From: an uncultured Acidimicrobiaceae bacterium
GTDB taxonomy: Bacteria > Actinomycetota > Acidimicrobiia > Acidimicrobiales > RAAP-2
Direction of reading: 5' to 3'
DNA: 64,000 bases
NCBI GenBank assembly: GCA_963804305.1
Contig: CAWDPR010000004.1
Span: 121,429 to 185,428 of the forward strand
In this document: piece after piece, positions 17,944 to 27,935 of the stretch
Layout: the number at the start of each line of letters is the position of its first letter
How positions within the stretch are numbered: the first letter of the stretch is position 1
Notes under the pieces: generated by a model
What the model was told of the DNA's origin: nothing
Database searches by the model: none
Seen by the model: only the letters and a program-made list of their open reading frames with translations
Position numbers and translations under genes: made by a program

Positions 17944-19566
17944 TCAACCGGCGACGATACGCACCTCGTAGGTTGGCGAACGATAGCTGCGTCCGTAGCC
18001 GGTGTAGGTCGCGTACATCGGCACCGTGCCGACCGGTGGGTCGGGCACGGTCAGGGCGCATTCGCCGAAGGGATTGGGTCGACAGGCCACGACGCGACTC
18101 CCGAGGTGTAGTGCGACGAGGGCCGTGGGGTAGATGCCCTCGGCGTTCGCAATGACACCGGTGATCTGCACGCGGACCGGCGCCGGCACCACGGCAGTGG
18201 GCGCTGTCGCGAGCAACGTCCACGCTCCCACCGAGATGACGAATTCGGGGTCCGTCGGGGCCGAGTACCCGAAACGATTGAAGGCCTGCGTCGTGACCCA
18301 GTAGATCTGATGATTCGCGAGACCCCTGATGATGCAGTTGGGTTCGAAGTAGACCTTGGCGCCGCAGTAGCGGGTCGTGACGCCGTTGGTGATGGCGACG
18401 CGGTAGCCAAGAACCGGCGCCGCACCACTGCTCTTGGGCGGGTGCATGTAGGTCCACACTTCGCCGTTATGGATGTTGCCCGACACCTGCTGGGGAGGGG
18501 AAGGGGCCGTCGCGCGACAGTTGGCGTCGCTTCGAGAAAGTGCGATGTCGCCCGCGGCATCGACGGCGACGTAGCGTCCCGCGCCGTAGGCGATCGACGT
18601 CCACGTGGACGGGCCAGGCGTCGATACAGCGCTCTGGGTCCACTGTTCGCCAACGCCTGATGAGATGATCGACGCGGTGGTGTCGGTTGGTTGAGCGGCG
18701 AGCGACGCTTGACCAGCGGCGACGAACGACGCGCATCCGTACGCCGCCGCGTCGACGTTCTGAGCCGGTGCGTATCGGTGGAGGGACCAGACGTAGCCGT
18801 ACACCGACGTCGCCACGTACCCGGCGCCCGTCGCCGATCCGAAAGCGATGAAGTTCCCGTCCCCGTAGGTGACGGCACTGAAGTGCAGACCGCCGGGAGG
18901 TGGCGGCTCGGCTCCGGTCAAGGGTTGTCGGATCAGACTCCAGCGCAATCCATCCAAGGACATCATCACGTCGCCCTCACTTGCGTCGACGGCGACGAAT
19001 CGTCCGTCGCCGTACGTGATGGAGGTGAAGTCATCCTGAGGTCGCCAGAACCGACGGACCCACGAGATCCCGTCGACTGAGGTGGCGACCGTGCCGACGG
19101 CGCTGACCGCGACGAAGAGACCGTGACCGTAGGCGACGCCCGACCACTCACCGCTCAGGCTCGGATGACCGGCCTGTTGGGGCGTCCCGGGAGGGCCCGA
19201 TCGTGTCGACCACTGGACACCATTGTCGGACACCATCTCGCTCGGGTCGACGTTCGCGGAGGACAACGCCACGAAGCGGCCGGCACCGTAGGCGGCACTG
19301 TGCCACGAACCCACTGGCACCGAGTGCTCGTTCCACGTAGAACCGTTCGATGAGGTGTCCAGTTGTCCGCTCGGAGCGAAGGCGAGCCACTCACCGTGCA
19401 GAAAGGCCACCGAGGACCAGCCGCCGGCGGGCGCCGATGACTGCGCCACTGTCCACGTCGACAGGGCCGAGGCCGGAGTCGTGGCGACAGGAAGTACCGT
19501 GGCGATGACGCCAGCGAGAAGCAAGGACGCGCCGACCAGTGACGACTTGTTCGATGATCGAATCAT
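17944..19566 (-). CDS. Secreted 7-bladed Asp-box (BNR-like) beta-propeller protein with FN3 and Ig-like C-terminal domains
   Basis: Signal peptide is present. Seven (W/F)(S/T).(A/I).YG.G.FVA(V/L) blades are interleaved with S.(D/N)G..W Asp-box-like motifs. The FN3-like segment is PSPPQQVSG...VLGYRVAITNG. Confidence 0.65.
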   Translation of the reverse strand: MIRSSNKSSLVGASLLLAGVIATVLPVATTPASALSTWTVAQSSAPAGGWSSVAFLHGEWLAFAPSGQLDTSSNGSTWNEHSVPVGSWHSAAYGAGRFVALSSANVDPSEMVSDNGVQWSTRSGPPGTPQQAGHPSLSGEWSGVAYGHGLFVAVSAVGTVATSVDGISWVRRFWRPQDDFTSITYGDGRFVAVDASEGDVMMSLDGLRWSLIRQPLTGAEPPPPGGLHFSAVTYGDGNFIAFGSATGAGYVATSVYGYVWSLHRYAPAQNVDAAAYGCASFVAAGQASLAAQPTDTTASIISSGVGEQWTQSAVSTPGPSTWTSIAYGAGRYVAVDAAGDIALSRSDANCRATAPSPPQQVSGNIHNGEVWTYMHPPKSSGAAPVLGYRVAITNGVTTRYCGAKVYFEPNCIIRGLANHQIYWVTTQAFNRFGYSAPTDPEFVISVGAWTLLATAPTAVVPAPVRVQITGVIANAEGIYPTALVALHLGSRVVACRPNPFGECALTVPDPPVGTVPMYATYTGYGRSYRSPTYEVRIVAG

Positions 19567-19762
19567 GTGCCCTCCAAAGACCCGAAACACCATTCTCGCG
19601 ACCGGAGTGCACAGAGCTGTCTATGTGGCCTCAAGGTTTACCCAATTCACTGCCGGACCAACCGTCCAGCGTCGATCGTGCCGGGGCCGCTGTGAGGATC
19701 TGCGGTAGGTTGACGACCTTGCGATTGCGCGACGGTTGTGGGGAGCTTGAAAGGAGACGGCG

Positions 19763-20026
19763 ATGATCGTCGCCCTCGTCATTCTCGCCCTCATTGCACT
19801 CGCGATCTACTGGCTCACGCGGACGTCTGAGGCGACGCGATCGGGGGGCACCTCACTCCGGCGGACCGCGGCGAGTCACATCAACGCCAACGGCAGACCC
19901 AAGCGCGGCTACGCGACCATGGACGAAGCCCGCGACGCAGCGAAGAAACAGTCGGCAGCGACGAACCAGTCCATGAGCGCCTACAAGTGCGGTACCTGCA
20001 AGCTCTTCCACATCGGCCATGCGTAA
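19763..20026 (+). CDS. Small membrane-anchored protein with C-terminal YKCGTCKLFHIGH motif
   Basis: Strong SD (AAAGGAG) lies 6 nt before the ATG, and there is an N-terminal TM helix. No family was recognised. Confidence 0.55.
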   Translation: MIVALVILALIALAIYWLTRTSEATRSGGTSLRRTAASHINANGRPKRGYATMDEARDAAKKQSAATNQSMSAYKCGTCKLFHIGHA

Positions 20027-20211
20027 GAGATCATTGGATCGACAAACAATCTGTCGTCAAGCGTCGAATTGCAGGAAGAGACGGTTGGCGTCAGGCACGG
20101 CGCCCGGTCGATATCAAATCCTCGCGGCGATCAACGAAGTGCAGACCGACAACACCGCCGCAAAGTCGTACGTGCCGCCGTCGCGACGAAGTGTCATGAT
20201 GCTGACGTCGA

Positions 20212-21705
20212 CTATCCCAGCCTCGTGAGCACATTGCGCGTGACCTGTTCGATCTGAGGATCGCGCTGCGCGAGGCCGTGTGCCCAATCGGTCGAACCTG
20301 ACGTCACCACCGTGGCGCCCGCGTCATTGCGGTAGGCGCCCAAGACGGCGTGGCCGTGACGGATGCGCTCCATCGCCGCAGGGTCGCGCGTCCCAAAGAC
20401 CCGAGACGCGATGTACTCCAACTCGCTCGGTTCGCCGGGCGCCGGTGGGCGAGGCGCGGTCTCGCGAGTGAAATGTTGCGTCGGGCACGTGCCGAGAATC
20501 TCGAATGTCGCCGGCGTGAGGTCCTCGCCCGTCGGATACGGGAGTCCGTCTCGATAGGTGAACGCGCAGCCGTCGCACTCGTAGCCGACGACGGTCGCGG
20601 AGTTCCCGAGCACGTCCCCATAACCCAGTCCCGTACCGTCAAAGATCCAATGGCCCGCTCGGTGCACGGTGTAGCCGCCTAGACCGGCCGTCACGTTGCG
20701 ACCGATGCGGTGATAGCCGCCGCGCGTGAAGGTCACGCCCGTCATGGTGTTCTCGGGTCGACCCACGAGCACGTCGGACCAGAAGGTCGTCACCTCAGTT
20801 TCGCGCGGCGTCCCCATAAGGGGGTCACTCTTGAAGAACCCCTTGTAGCCCACCATCACGTCGCGGTCATCGCCCTCGATCCGCACCTGCCACAGCGAGG
20901 TGTTCCCCGAGAAGAAGGCCGCGTTGCCGCCTCGCGCGATGAACCCTTCCACGGTGTCGCGCATTGCCTTGGACCAATACTCGTCGTGACCGACGGACAA
21001 GTAGAGGCTCGCCCCGTCGAGAACCTCGGGATGCTCCTCCAAGTCGGCGTTCGTACAGACACCGATCTCGAACCCTTCGCGCTCGGCCCACGCAATGAAG
21101 GGCTGCTCCCAGTCGGGCCATCCAGCAGACCCCGCGTAGCTCGACAGGTGGTTCAGCTGGATGTAGCCCACGTGAGCGGCGTTCTGGGGATCAGGTTCGC
21201 CAGTCCCGGTCACCCGCCGACCCTTCCCCAGGGGCTTGTGCAGATAGCCCGGCGACATGGGACGCCGCATGGACACGTGCGTACCGCCGGTGTAGAGGTT
21301 CGTACCCCCGAAGTCGTTGTAGGCGTTCCACGTGTTCGTCGCCAGGGCGAGGACGATCCGCTCCTTGGACGTGGGTCGAACGACGAAGAAGGCGTACTCT
21401 CGGCGCACCTTGTCGCCGACGTCAATCTCCATCACGACCTCGTAGTAGCCCGAGCGCCAGGACGTGGCGACGTCGAGTTCCGTCGCCACCGGCCACCGGC
21501 AACCCGACGAGGAGGCGTCCGCCGGTACCGGGTGCTCGCCAGTTGGAACCGAAGGCGCACGGTAGACGACGTCGCGATGTCGGCCGACCCGCGCGACCTC
21601 GACGCGTACCGGACGTGATCCTGACGACGACATGTGGAGCCCGACCTTCTCCCCCGGAACGACCGATTGCGGCCAGCAGTACCCGGTGATCGTCTCTCGC
21701 GCCAT
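20212..21705 (-). CDS. N,N-dimethylformamidase beta-subunit-like family protein
   Basis: LALATNTWNAYNDFGGTNLY and HDEYWS motifs are typical of this family. The start was chosen at MARETITGYCWPQS. Confidence 0.7.
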   Translation of the reverse strand: MARETITGYCWPQSVVPGEKVGLHMSSSGSRPVRVEVARVGRHRDVVYRAPSVPTGEHPVPADASSSGCRWPVATELDVATSWRSGYYEVVMEIDVGDKVRREYAFFVVRPTSKERIVLALATNTWNAYNDFGGTNLYTGGTHVSMRRPMSPGYLHKPLGKGRRVTGTGEPDPQNAAHVGYIQLNHLSSYAGSAGWPDWEQPFIAWAEREGFEIGVCTNADLEEHPEVLDGASLYLSVGHDEYWSKAMRDTVEGFIARGGNAAFFSGNTSLWQVRIEGDDRDVMVGYKGFFKSDPLMGTPRETEVTTFWSDVLVGRPENTMTGVTFTRGGYHRIGRNVTAGLGGYTVHRAGHWIFDGTGLGYGDVLGNSATVVGYECDGCAFTYRDGLPYPTGEDLTPATFEILGTCPTQHFTRETAPRPPAPGEPSELEYIASRVFGTRDPAAMERIRHGHAVLGAYRNDAGATVVTSGSTDWAHGLAQRDPQIEQVTRNVLTRLG

Positions 21706-21781
21706 GGTTCGACTGTACCGACACCGCGAGGCGGCCACCAGCAACGGACGAACGGCTGCGATGACGCGAGCCCGACGTCGC

Positions 21782-22288
21782 TCAGGCGGTCTGCTGCTCG
21801 AACGCGGCGATCACCAGCAGCCAGGCCGCCGTGATCATGTAACAGGTATTGGTGACGATGGCGATGGCCACGATGTAAAGACCGAAGGGATGCCCGAGGA
21901 GATAGAGGGTCGCGCCGACCATCTCGGTTAGGTGGACGAGCGTGCCGCCAACGATCCGGGTGAACCTTAGGCCGTAGCCCTTGGCGATGGCCATCGCGTA
22001 GCCCCGACCAAAGACGGCGAGCGAGATGCTGGCCACCACCAACAGTTCGGCACCAATGGCTTCATGACTCTGCGAGGCCATGAGGACGAGGGCGCAGCGC
22101 ATGAAGACGAGCGCCAAGCCGCTGAGGGTGTTGATGGCTCGGTAGCGATGCGTCGGGTCGATGGCGATCACTCTGAGATTGAGCGACATGGCCACGAAGA
22201 CCAGGCCGGTCAGTGTGACCGCACCAGTCCCCACCAAGAGGAAGAAGTCCGTCCATTGGCCCAGGTGCACGACATTCGCCGCAATCAT
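21782..22288 (-). CDS. Hypothetical integral membrane protein (5 TM)
   Basis: Hydrophobic helices run throughout. No family was recognised. Confidence 0.5.
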   Translation of the reverse strand: MIAANVVHLGQWTDFFLLVGTGAVTLTGLVFVAMSLNLRVIAIDPTHRYRAINTLSGLALVFMRCALVLMASQSHEAIGAELLVVASISLAVFGRGYAMAIAKGYGLRFTRIVGGTLVHLTEMVGATLYLLGHPFGLYIVAIAIVTNTCYMITAAWLLVIAAFEQQTA

Positions 22289-22409
22289 GGCAAATTGTAA
22301 CTTGTGGACGGTTGGAACTCGCGCGTCGCACGCGCACGAGTCACCACGTCGCTCGCTTCAAGTGCGCTCGGGCGTTGCGACACTCAACAACAGAGGAGAT
22401 ACCGGCGCC

Positions 22410-22646
22410 CTACCCCTCGGGGAGTTGCCCAAAATCACTCTTGGCTTTGCGGTACCAGCCCATGCCCTTGATGGGGTTCTTCCAACGACCCTTCATATCT
22501 TTCGCGGCATGTTCGTGTTCGGCGTCGCCCTTGGCCACCATCTCCTTCAAGTGTCGATCTTGTGCCTTGATCACCTCGTCGGCGCTGTCCCCGCGATGAG
22601 GTAGGTCGCACGGGCCCCCAAGCTGTTTGCACGTCATGGTCTTCAC
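22410..22646 (-). CDS. DUF1059 domain protein
   Basis: MKTMTCKQLGGPCD...H..M is the characteristic N-terminus. Confidence 0.65.
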   Translation of the reverse strand: MKTMTCKQLGGPCDLPHRGDSADEVIKAQDRHLKEMVAKGDAEHEHAAKDMKGRWKNPIKGMGWYRKAKSDFGQLPEG

Positions 22647-22785
22647 GGTGCTGACTTCCTTTCACGTCGTCGATGAGGTCGACGCCTTGCTATCAACGTA
22701 CTCATTCGTGACGCCTACAACGGGGGCTCGAATCGCCGTCGACTCACTGCAGCGTCCACGTTGACCGCAGGAGAATGCCCGTCGG

Positions 22786-23334
22786 TCAGAAGATGAACGG
22801 CAGGAGCATCTTGGTTCTGCGCTTGTAGGCCGGATAGGCGTCGGGGAACTGCTCGCTCAGGTAGCGCTCCTCGACCGTTGCGCTGTAGATGAAGTAGACG
22901 CCGGCGAGCACCACGGCCAGCAGGCCCGACCAACTCAACGCGACCGCCGTGCCGACGCCCGCCAGCAAGATGCCCGTGTAGATGGGGTGTCGGACGAAGT
23001 GGTACGGACCGCTCGTCACCAGTTCTGGTTCGTCCTTCTGGGACATGGGTACGCCCCAGTTACGTCCGATGTGGAGCCGGGCCCAAATCGCGAAGGACAA
23101 GCCGAGGACGAAGAGGGCGAGACCAAGACCGCCTCGCAAGGGGTCGGCGTTGGCGCCGTTGTGACGAAAGGCTCCCGTTCGAATCAGGACGATCACGGCG
23201 ATGAGGATGACTCCCCTGATCCGCAGTTCGCGCGACCAGGGGACGCGGCTCCTCTTCGTGGAGAAGGCGGCGATGAGCCAGTAGAGCCAAAACGCCGCCC
23301 AACCGATGGCGAAGATGAGTTCAACCGCGTGCAT
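22786..23334 (-). CDS. Isoprenylcysteine carboxyl methyltransferase (ICMT)-family membrane methyltransferase
   Basis: LVTSGPYHFVRHPIYTG...E..L motif plus multiple TM helices. Confidence 0.75.
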   Translation of the reverse strand: MHAVELIFAIGWAAFWLYWLIAAFSTKRSRVPWSRELRIRGVILIAVIVLIRTGAFRHNGANADPLRGGLGLALFVLGLSFAIWARLHIGRNWGVPMSQKDEPELVTSGPYHFVRHPIYTGILLAGVGTAVALSWSGLLAVVLAGVYFIYSATVEERYLSEQFPDAYPAYKRRTKMLLPFIF

Positions 23335-23449
23335 TTACCAATACTCCCACCGAGGAGCAGCGAACTTCGACCCTCGCGTCGCGACGGACGCCGCGGCGTC
23401 TCGAATGAGGGGAACCCACGGCCAACGATCTGGCGGTCGGGTCGATGAC

Positions 23450-23872
23450 TCAGTCGTCCGCGTAGCGAGCAACGGTGAAGGCGATGGTCGTGGGGACGCT
23501 CAGCGTGAAGACCACCAGCATGCAGGTCACGATGAGTAGCGAGGCCCCCCGCGTGTGATCGCGCACGAACGCGAATTCGATCATCGCCGCGGTCACCAGA
23601 TCGGCGAAGATGGCCCACTTGAAGACCTTGAGGAACGTCGTGCGGGAAAAGTTCTTCAGGCTCGCGAGGAGTACTCCCGCGGCGAGAAGCAATAAGGCGC
23701 CCGCCACGAGCAACGCCGCGGCGGCGCCGAGGGGTGCCTTGCGCGGTGCGTACGACGCCATGAGGATCCCCCCGATGATCACCATGGCGAGCGCGCCGGT
23801 ACTGAGCCAGCCAATCGGTGGGAAGGAACGCTCCGCGCTCGCGAGCGCCGGCGCCGTCTCGTCGACACTCAT
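23450..23872 (-). CDS. Hypothetical membrane protein (4 TM)
   Basis: Its ATG overlaps the upstream stop (ATGA at 23869-23872). The longer ORF to 24514 is an out-of-context extension. Confidence 0.55.
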   Translation of the reverse strand: MSVDETAPALASAERSFPPIGWLSTGALAMVIIGGILMASYAPRKAPLGAAAALLVAGALLLLAAGVLLASLKNFSRTTFLKVFKWAIFADLVTAAMIEFAFVRDHTRGASLLIVTCMLVVFTLSVPTTIAFTVARYADD

Positions 23873-24477
23873 TGGGTCGCCACCCGGGTCATGATGACCA
23901 ACGTCGCGACTTGCATCAGACCGGTGATCCCCGCGGTGTAGATGAATCGCTTCATGAGTCGCCCGATGAGTTCGCCGTTGGGCACCGGTTTGTTCATCTC
24001 GAACAGGACGGCGATATTCGCCGGCTCCAGGATGCCCAGTGCGATCACCGCCATCACGCCGACGACGCAGAACGAGGCGATGAGCCACGGGTGATTCGGA
24101 CTCTTCGCGTAGAGGTTCCCCATCTTGCGCGCGATCTGGAAACCGGTCGCCAGGGTCATCATGACCACGGTGGGCATGATGATGACCATCTTGGGCATGA
24201 ATCTCGCCGAGAATTCGGCACGGGCGGGAATGGAGAGCCGGCCCAGTATCGGACCGAGCACGAGGCCGACGAAGAGGTCGATCCCGGTCCACAGTCCGCC
24301 ACCGGCTACGTGACAAAAGACCAACGCCCACTGCCAGTTCCCGGCGATGGACACCGTCACGAAGATCACCGCCGCCGCCGCGATCGGCAGACCCTTCAAC
24401 GGGACGATCTGGATCTTGGCCCGATCGTGGGGTGGTCCCGCCGACCGCGGTGCGACGTCGTTGACGGTATCGGTCAT
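23869..24477 (-). CDS. Hypothetical membrane protein (~6 TM)
   Basis: Hydrophobic profile. It is translationally coupled to the following gene and lies downstream of the ArsR regulator on the same strand. Confidence 0.55.
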   Translation of the reverse strand: MTDTVNDVAPRSAGPPHDRAKIQIVPLKGLPIAAAAVIFVTVSIAGNWQWALVFCHVAGGGLWTGIDLFVGLVLGPILGRLSIPARAEFSARFMPKMVIIMPTVVMMTLATGFQIARKMGNLYAKSPNHPWLIASFCVVGVMAVIALGILEPANIAVLFEMNKPVPNGELIGRLMKRFIYTAGITGLMQVATLVIMTRVATQ

Positions 24478-24614
24478 GATCGCCCCCGAGCAACTGGTAC
24501 CTGAACGTTGCCAATGTATCCGATGGTCTGTCCCACCGCTACTACTCGTGGCCGTTCACGCGGGGATCCACACGACGCCGCCACCTTGATCGTCGCTTCG
24601 TGCGCGGCGGGTGG

Positions 24615-24944
24615 TTACGAGTCCTCGAGTTCCTCGAGGAGGGCGCGCGTATCGATGAGTGAGGACGTCAAGATCTTGCGCGCGACGTCGAGGAGTTCAA
24701 AGATCATGGGATTGGCGACCGAGTACACGACGCTCGTGCCGACTTTTCGGGTCTGAACCAGGTTGGCCCGGCGCAAGACCGCCAACTGCTGAGAGAGATG
24801 CGACGCCTCGAGGCCAACCTCGGGCACGAGGTCGCCCACCGAGCGCTCGCCCTCTCGCAACACCTCGAGGACTCGAATGCGAGCCGGGTGACCGAGGGTC
24901 TTGAAGAGCTCGGCTTTGATCTGATAAATGGGCGTGTTGGTCAT
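24615..24944 (-). CDS. ArsR/SmtB family transcriptional regulator lacking the CxC metal-site motif
   Basis: LFKTLGHPARIRVLEVL..GERSVGDL is a winged HTH, with ERSVGDL where metal sensors carry ELCVCDL. SD GAGAGG lies 8 nt before ATG 24944; an alternative start is 24959. Confidence 0.85.
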   Translation of the reverse strand: MTNTPIYQIKAELFKTLGHPARIRVLEVLREGERSVGDLVPEVGLEASHLSQQLAVLRRANLVQTRKVGTSVVYSVANPMIFELLDVARKILTSSLIDTRALLEELEDS

Positions 24945-24962
24945 TGACGTGCCTCTCATGGT

Positions 24963-26303
24963 CTACAGGTCATTGCCCGCGTAGGACAGGTTGAAACTCT
25001 TGTTCACGAGCGGGAAGTCGGGGACGATCGTGTCGGCGAGCGACACCGCGAGCGCGGGCCAATTGAAGAAGGACGGATCCACGACTTTGACGCGCGTCAC
25101 CACGCCGTCTTCGACCTCGACGCGATGGACAATCGCCCCGCGCCAACCTTCGACGATCCCCGATCCCGAGCCAGAACGGGCCGACACGCAACCTTCGATC
25201 GATTCGTCAAGATTGCCCGGTCGAGTGCAGAAGTCGCGCAGGAGGCGCAGCGACGTGGCGACCTCGTCGACGCGCACGTCGAAACGCGCATTGACGTCCC
25301 CTTCGCTGGACGTCGAGGGAGCGAAGCCCGCCATCTCGACGTTCGCGGGATGCGCCACTCGAGCGTCGTAGTTCGAACCCGACGCGCGCGCGGCCACGCC
25401 GAGCACGCCCATCTCCTCGGCGTCACCGGCGCGGAGTACTCCGGTCCCGAGGAATCGGTCCATCACGGTGCCTTGGCCCCGAGCGAGAGCCACGAGTTCG
25501 TCGAACTGGACCGCGATGGCGTCGAGTTCACGTGCGTCGGGCATCACGATCACCTGGGCACCTCCGACCTTCACTCCTCCGCGTAACAGGCGATGCCCGC
25601 TCACCGCGCGATTGAGTCGCAGAAGTCGCTCGCGAAGTGTGAGTGCCCTCGCCTGGGCCAATCCGAAGCCCACATCATTGCAGAGCGATCCGATGTCCGC
25701 GACGTGGTTGTAGAGGCGTTCTAACTCCACGAGCACGACGCGCAACTCCTCGGTCCTCGCCGACACCGTGACGTCGAGCGCCTCTTCCAGTGCGCGCGCG
25801 AAGGCCAAGGAGTGGCCCACGGCGCTGTCGCCGGATATCTTTTCCGCGAGCTCGACCCCCCATTGGAGGTCACGACCTTCAAAAAGGCGCTCGATCCCCT
25901 TGTGCACGAACCACAATCGCGCCTTCATCTTCAAGATCGTCTCGCCGACCACCGAAAAGCGGAAGTGGCCCGGTTCGATGAGACCGGCGTGGACGGGTCC
26001 GACGGGGATCTCGTAGACACCGAGACCCTGTACTTCGACGAACGGGTACGACGCGGTGTCCTCGCTCATCGACATGGACGTCGGTGCATCGCGTCGCATG
26101 GGGTGCCAATCATCGGGCCAGTGTTGGTGCAGGACGAGGCGATGAGGTGACGGATGTCCGATCGGCTCGACCCCGAAGACGTCGCGCATCTCTCGTTCGA
26201 AGCGGCCGGCGGGGAACGAAAGCGTCGCCAGCGAAGGCACGCGCGGCCGCTCCGCGTCAGTGGTCGCGACGAGTTCGATACGTCGGTCGGGAGGTCCCGT
26301 CAC
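24963..26303 (-). CDS. NuoC-NuoD/HycE-like 'large subunit' of an Ehr-type complex. It has no [NiFe] Cys ligands, and its N-terminal NuoC-like part is interrupted by a frame disruption (see finding at 26365-26380).
   Basis: IPVGPVHAGLIEPGHFRF ... FVHKGIERL. The L1 position reads KISGDSAVGH (25812-25841) instead of CGxCxxxH. The C-terminus reads SFNLSYAGNDL instead of DPCxxCxDR. The upstream 26304-26484 region encodes the missing NuoC-like N-terminus in another frame. Confidence 0.85.
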   Translation of the reverse strand: MTGPPDRRIELVATTDAERPRVPSLATLSFPAGRFEREMRDVFGVEPIGHPSPHRLVLHQHWPDDWHPMRRDAPTSMSMSEDTASYPFVEVQGLGVYEIPVGPVHAGLIEPGHFRFSVVGETILKMKARLWFVHKGIERLFEGRDLQWGVELAEKISGDSAVGHSLAFARALEEALDVTVSARTEELRVVLVELERLYNHVADIGSLCNDVGFGLAQARALTLRERLLRLNRAVSGHRLLRGGVKVGGAQVIVMPDARELDAIAVQFDELVALARGQGTVMDRFLGTGVLRAGDAEEMGVLGVAARASGSNYDARVAHPANVEMAGFAPSTSSEGDVNARFDVRVDEVATSLRLLRDFCTRPGNLDESIEGCVSARSGSGSGIVEGWRGAIVHRVEVEDGVVTRVKVVDPSFFNWPALAVSLADTIVPDFPLVNKSFNLSYAGNDL

Positions 26304-26480
26304 GAAGAGATAGACGACTCGGATCGTCGCACCGTCGTCGACCGCACTGATCAGGGCGAGGCGGTAGCCACGGGTCGAGCAACGTCGAGGCCAGCACCTT
26401 GAGTTCGGACTCGGCGACCGGTACCACCGCTCGCAAGCGACCGGGGCGCGCGAGTAGTTCCGTGACGGTGTCGATGGCGC

Positions 26481-27935
26481 TCACAGTGCCACCACGTGCG
26501 CCGCCGCGTGCAACAGCGAGCCGAGCGGCCACACCGAGACGCCGATGAAGGCGCACGCCACCAGTGCGCCGATCAAGGGCACCGCGACCAACGCGGGGGT
26601 CATGGCCGGGGTCTCGTCCCCATTGGGACCGAAGAGCATCGCTCGACCGTGCGACATCATCGCTCCGAAGATCACGGCCATGCAGACGAGTGACAGCCCG
26701 GCCGCCCAGCCGAGACCGACGCGAAATTCAGCGCGCAGCATGTTGAGCTCGCTCACGAAGAGACTGAACGGCGGCAGGCCTAACAACGCCACCAGGCCAA
26801 AGGCGAAGATGCCCCCCACGACGGGACGGCGACTGAGCAAGGCGCGAATGTCCTTGATCTCGCTCGAACCCTCGCCCAACACGATCTCTCCCGACGCGAG
26901 AAAGAGCACGCCCTTGGCAATGCCGTGGCCGAGGATGTGCAGGAGGACGGCGGCGATCGCCAACGTCGAGCCGGCGGCCGCTCCGAGCGCGATCAGTCCC
27001 ATGTGTTCGACGCTGCTGTAGGCGAGCATCCGTTTGTAGTCGCGCTGACTCAGCAGGAGCGAAGAGGCGACGACGAGTGAGAGCAGCGCGACGATGACCA
27101 GGAGTGTTCGGGCGAACTCCGGTCCGAGCGCACCATCGGCGATCACCTTGAAACGCAGGATCGCGTAGAAGGCGACGGTGAGCAGGACCCCGGACATCAG
27201 CGCCGAGACGGGAGCGGGCGCCTGACTGTGCGCGTCGGGCAGCCAACTGTGCATTGGTGCCAGGCCGACCTTGGTCCCGAAACCCAGCACGATCAACGCG
27301 AAGGCGAGACGCATGACGCCCGGGTCGAGTCGATGTGATTGGGCCACCAGTGACGTCCAGTCCAATGCCGCGCTCCCGTGACCCGTGGCGTGCAACGCCG
27401 CCAGGTACACGAGGACGGTCCCGAGGAACGCGAGCGCGATGCCCACCGAGCAGATGACGATGTACTTCCACGACGCTTCCAATGACCCGCGCGTACTGCG
27501 GTGTCCGACGAGGAATGTCGTCACGACGGTGGTCGCCTCGATGGCCACCCACATGACGCCCAGGTTCGCGGCGAGCACCGCGAGCAGCATGGTCGCGAGG
27601 AAACCCTGTATCAACACCGCGTAGAGCGACGCGTGTCGACGGGTGCAACGCCTCGCCGCAATCTCGGCCTCGAGGTAGCGCACGCCCTGCAAGGTCGCGA
27701 GGAGGGCGATGGCGCCGATCACGATGACCATGAACGCACTGAGGGCATCGGCGCGCAGGAGGCCAGTGTCGGTGACGGCGGCGTGTGCGTGAACCACGTG
27801 GATGGCGAGGACGATGCCGGCCACCACCACGAGCAACGCCGACACGGCGCCAGCCCATCCGATCGACGTTCGCCACGGCGTCAACGAAGAAATCGCGGCG
27901 CACAGTACCGGTACGAGGAGAATGAACCACAACAT
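26481..27935 (-). CDS. NuoN/NuoM/HyfF-like proton-translocating antiporter-type subunit
   Basis: About 14 TM helices with WLPDAHSQAPAPVSALMSGVL and MLAYSSVEHMG motifs. The start MLWFILL overlaps the upstream stop (TGATG). Confidence 0.88.
   Translation of the reverse strand: MLWFILLVPVLCAAISSLTPWRTSIGWAGAVSALLVVVAGIVLAIHVVHAHAAVTDTGLLRADALSAFMVIVIGAIALLATLQGVRYLEAEIAARRCTRRHASLYAVLIQGFLATMLLAVLAANLGVMWVAIEATTVVTTFLVGHRSTRGSLEASWKYIVICSVGIALAFLGTVLVYLAALHATGHGSAALDWTSLVAQSHRLDPGVMRLAFALIVLGFGTKVGLAPMHSWLPDAHSQAPAPVSALMSGVLLTVAFYAILRFKVIADGALGPEFARTLLVIVALLSLVVASSLLLSQRDYKRMLAYSSVEHMGLIALGAAAGSTLAIAAVLLHILGHGIAKGVLFLASGEIVLGEGSSEIKDIRALLSRRPVVGGIFAFGLVALLGLPPFSLFVSELNMLRAEFRVGLGWAAGLSLVCMAVIFGAMMSHGRAMLFGPNGDETPAMTPALVAVPLIGALVACAFIGVSVWPLGSLLHAAAHVVAL

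Noticed and set aside
17840-18457. N-terminal extension of the SDR ORF to 461 aa. Similar long extensions occur at 23873-24514, 27936-28607, 28595-29347, 29551-29655, 50313-50744 and 52025-52228.
   Set aside because: The extensions are Arg/Pro/His-rich and overlap well-supported neighbouring genes in other frames. The family-typical N-termini, SD sequences and start/stop overlaps all sit at the internal starts.
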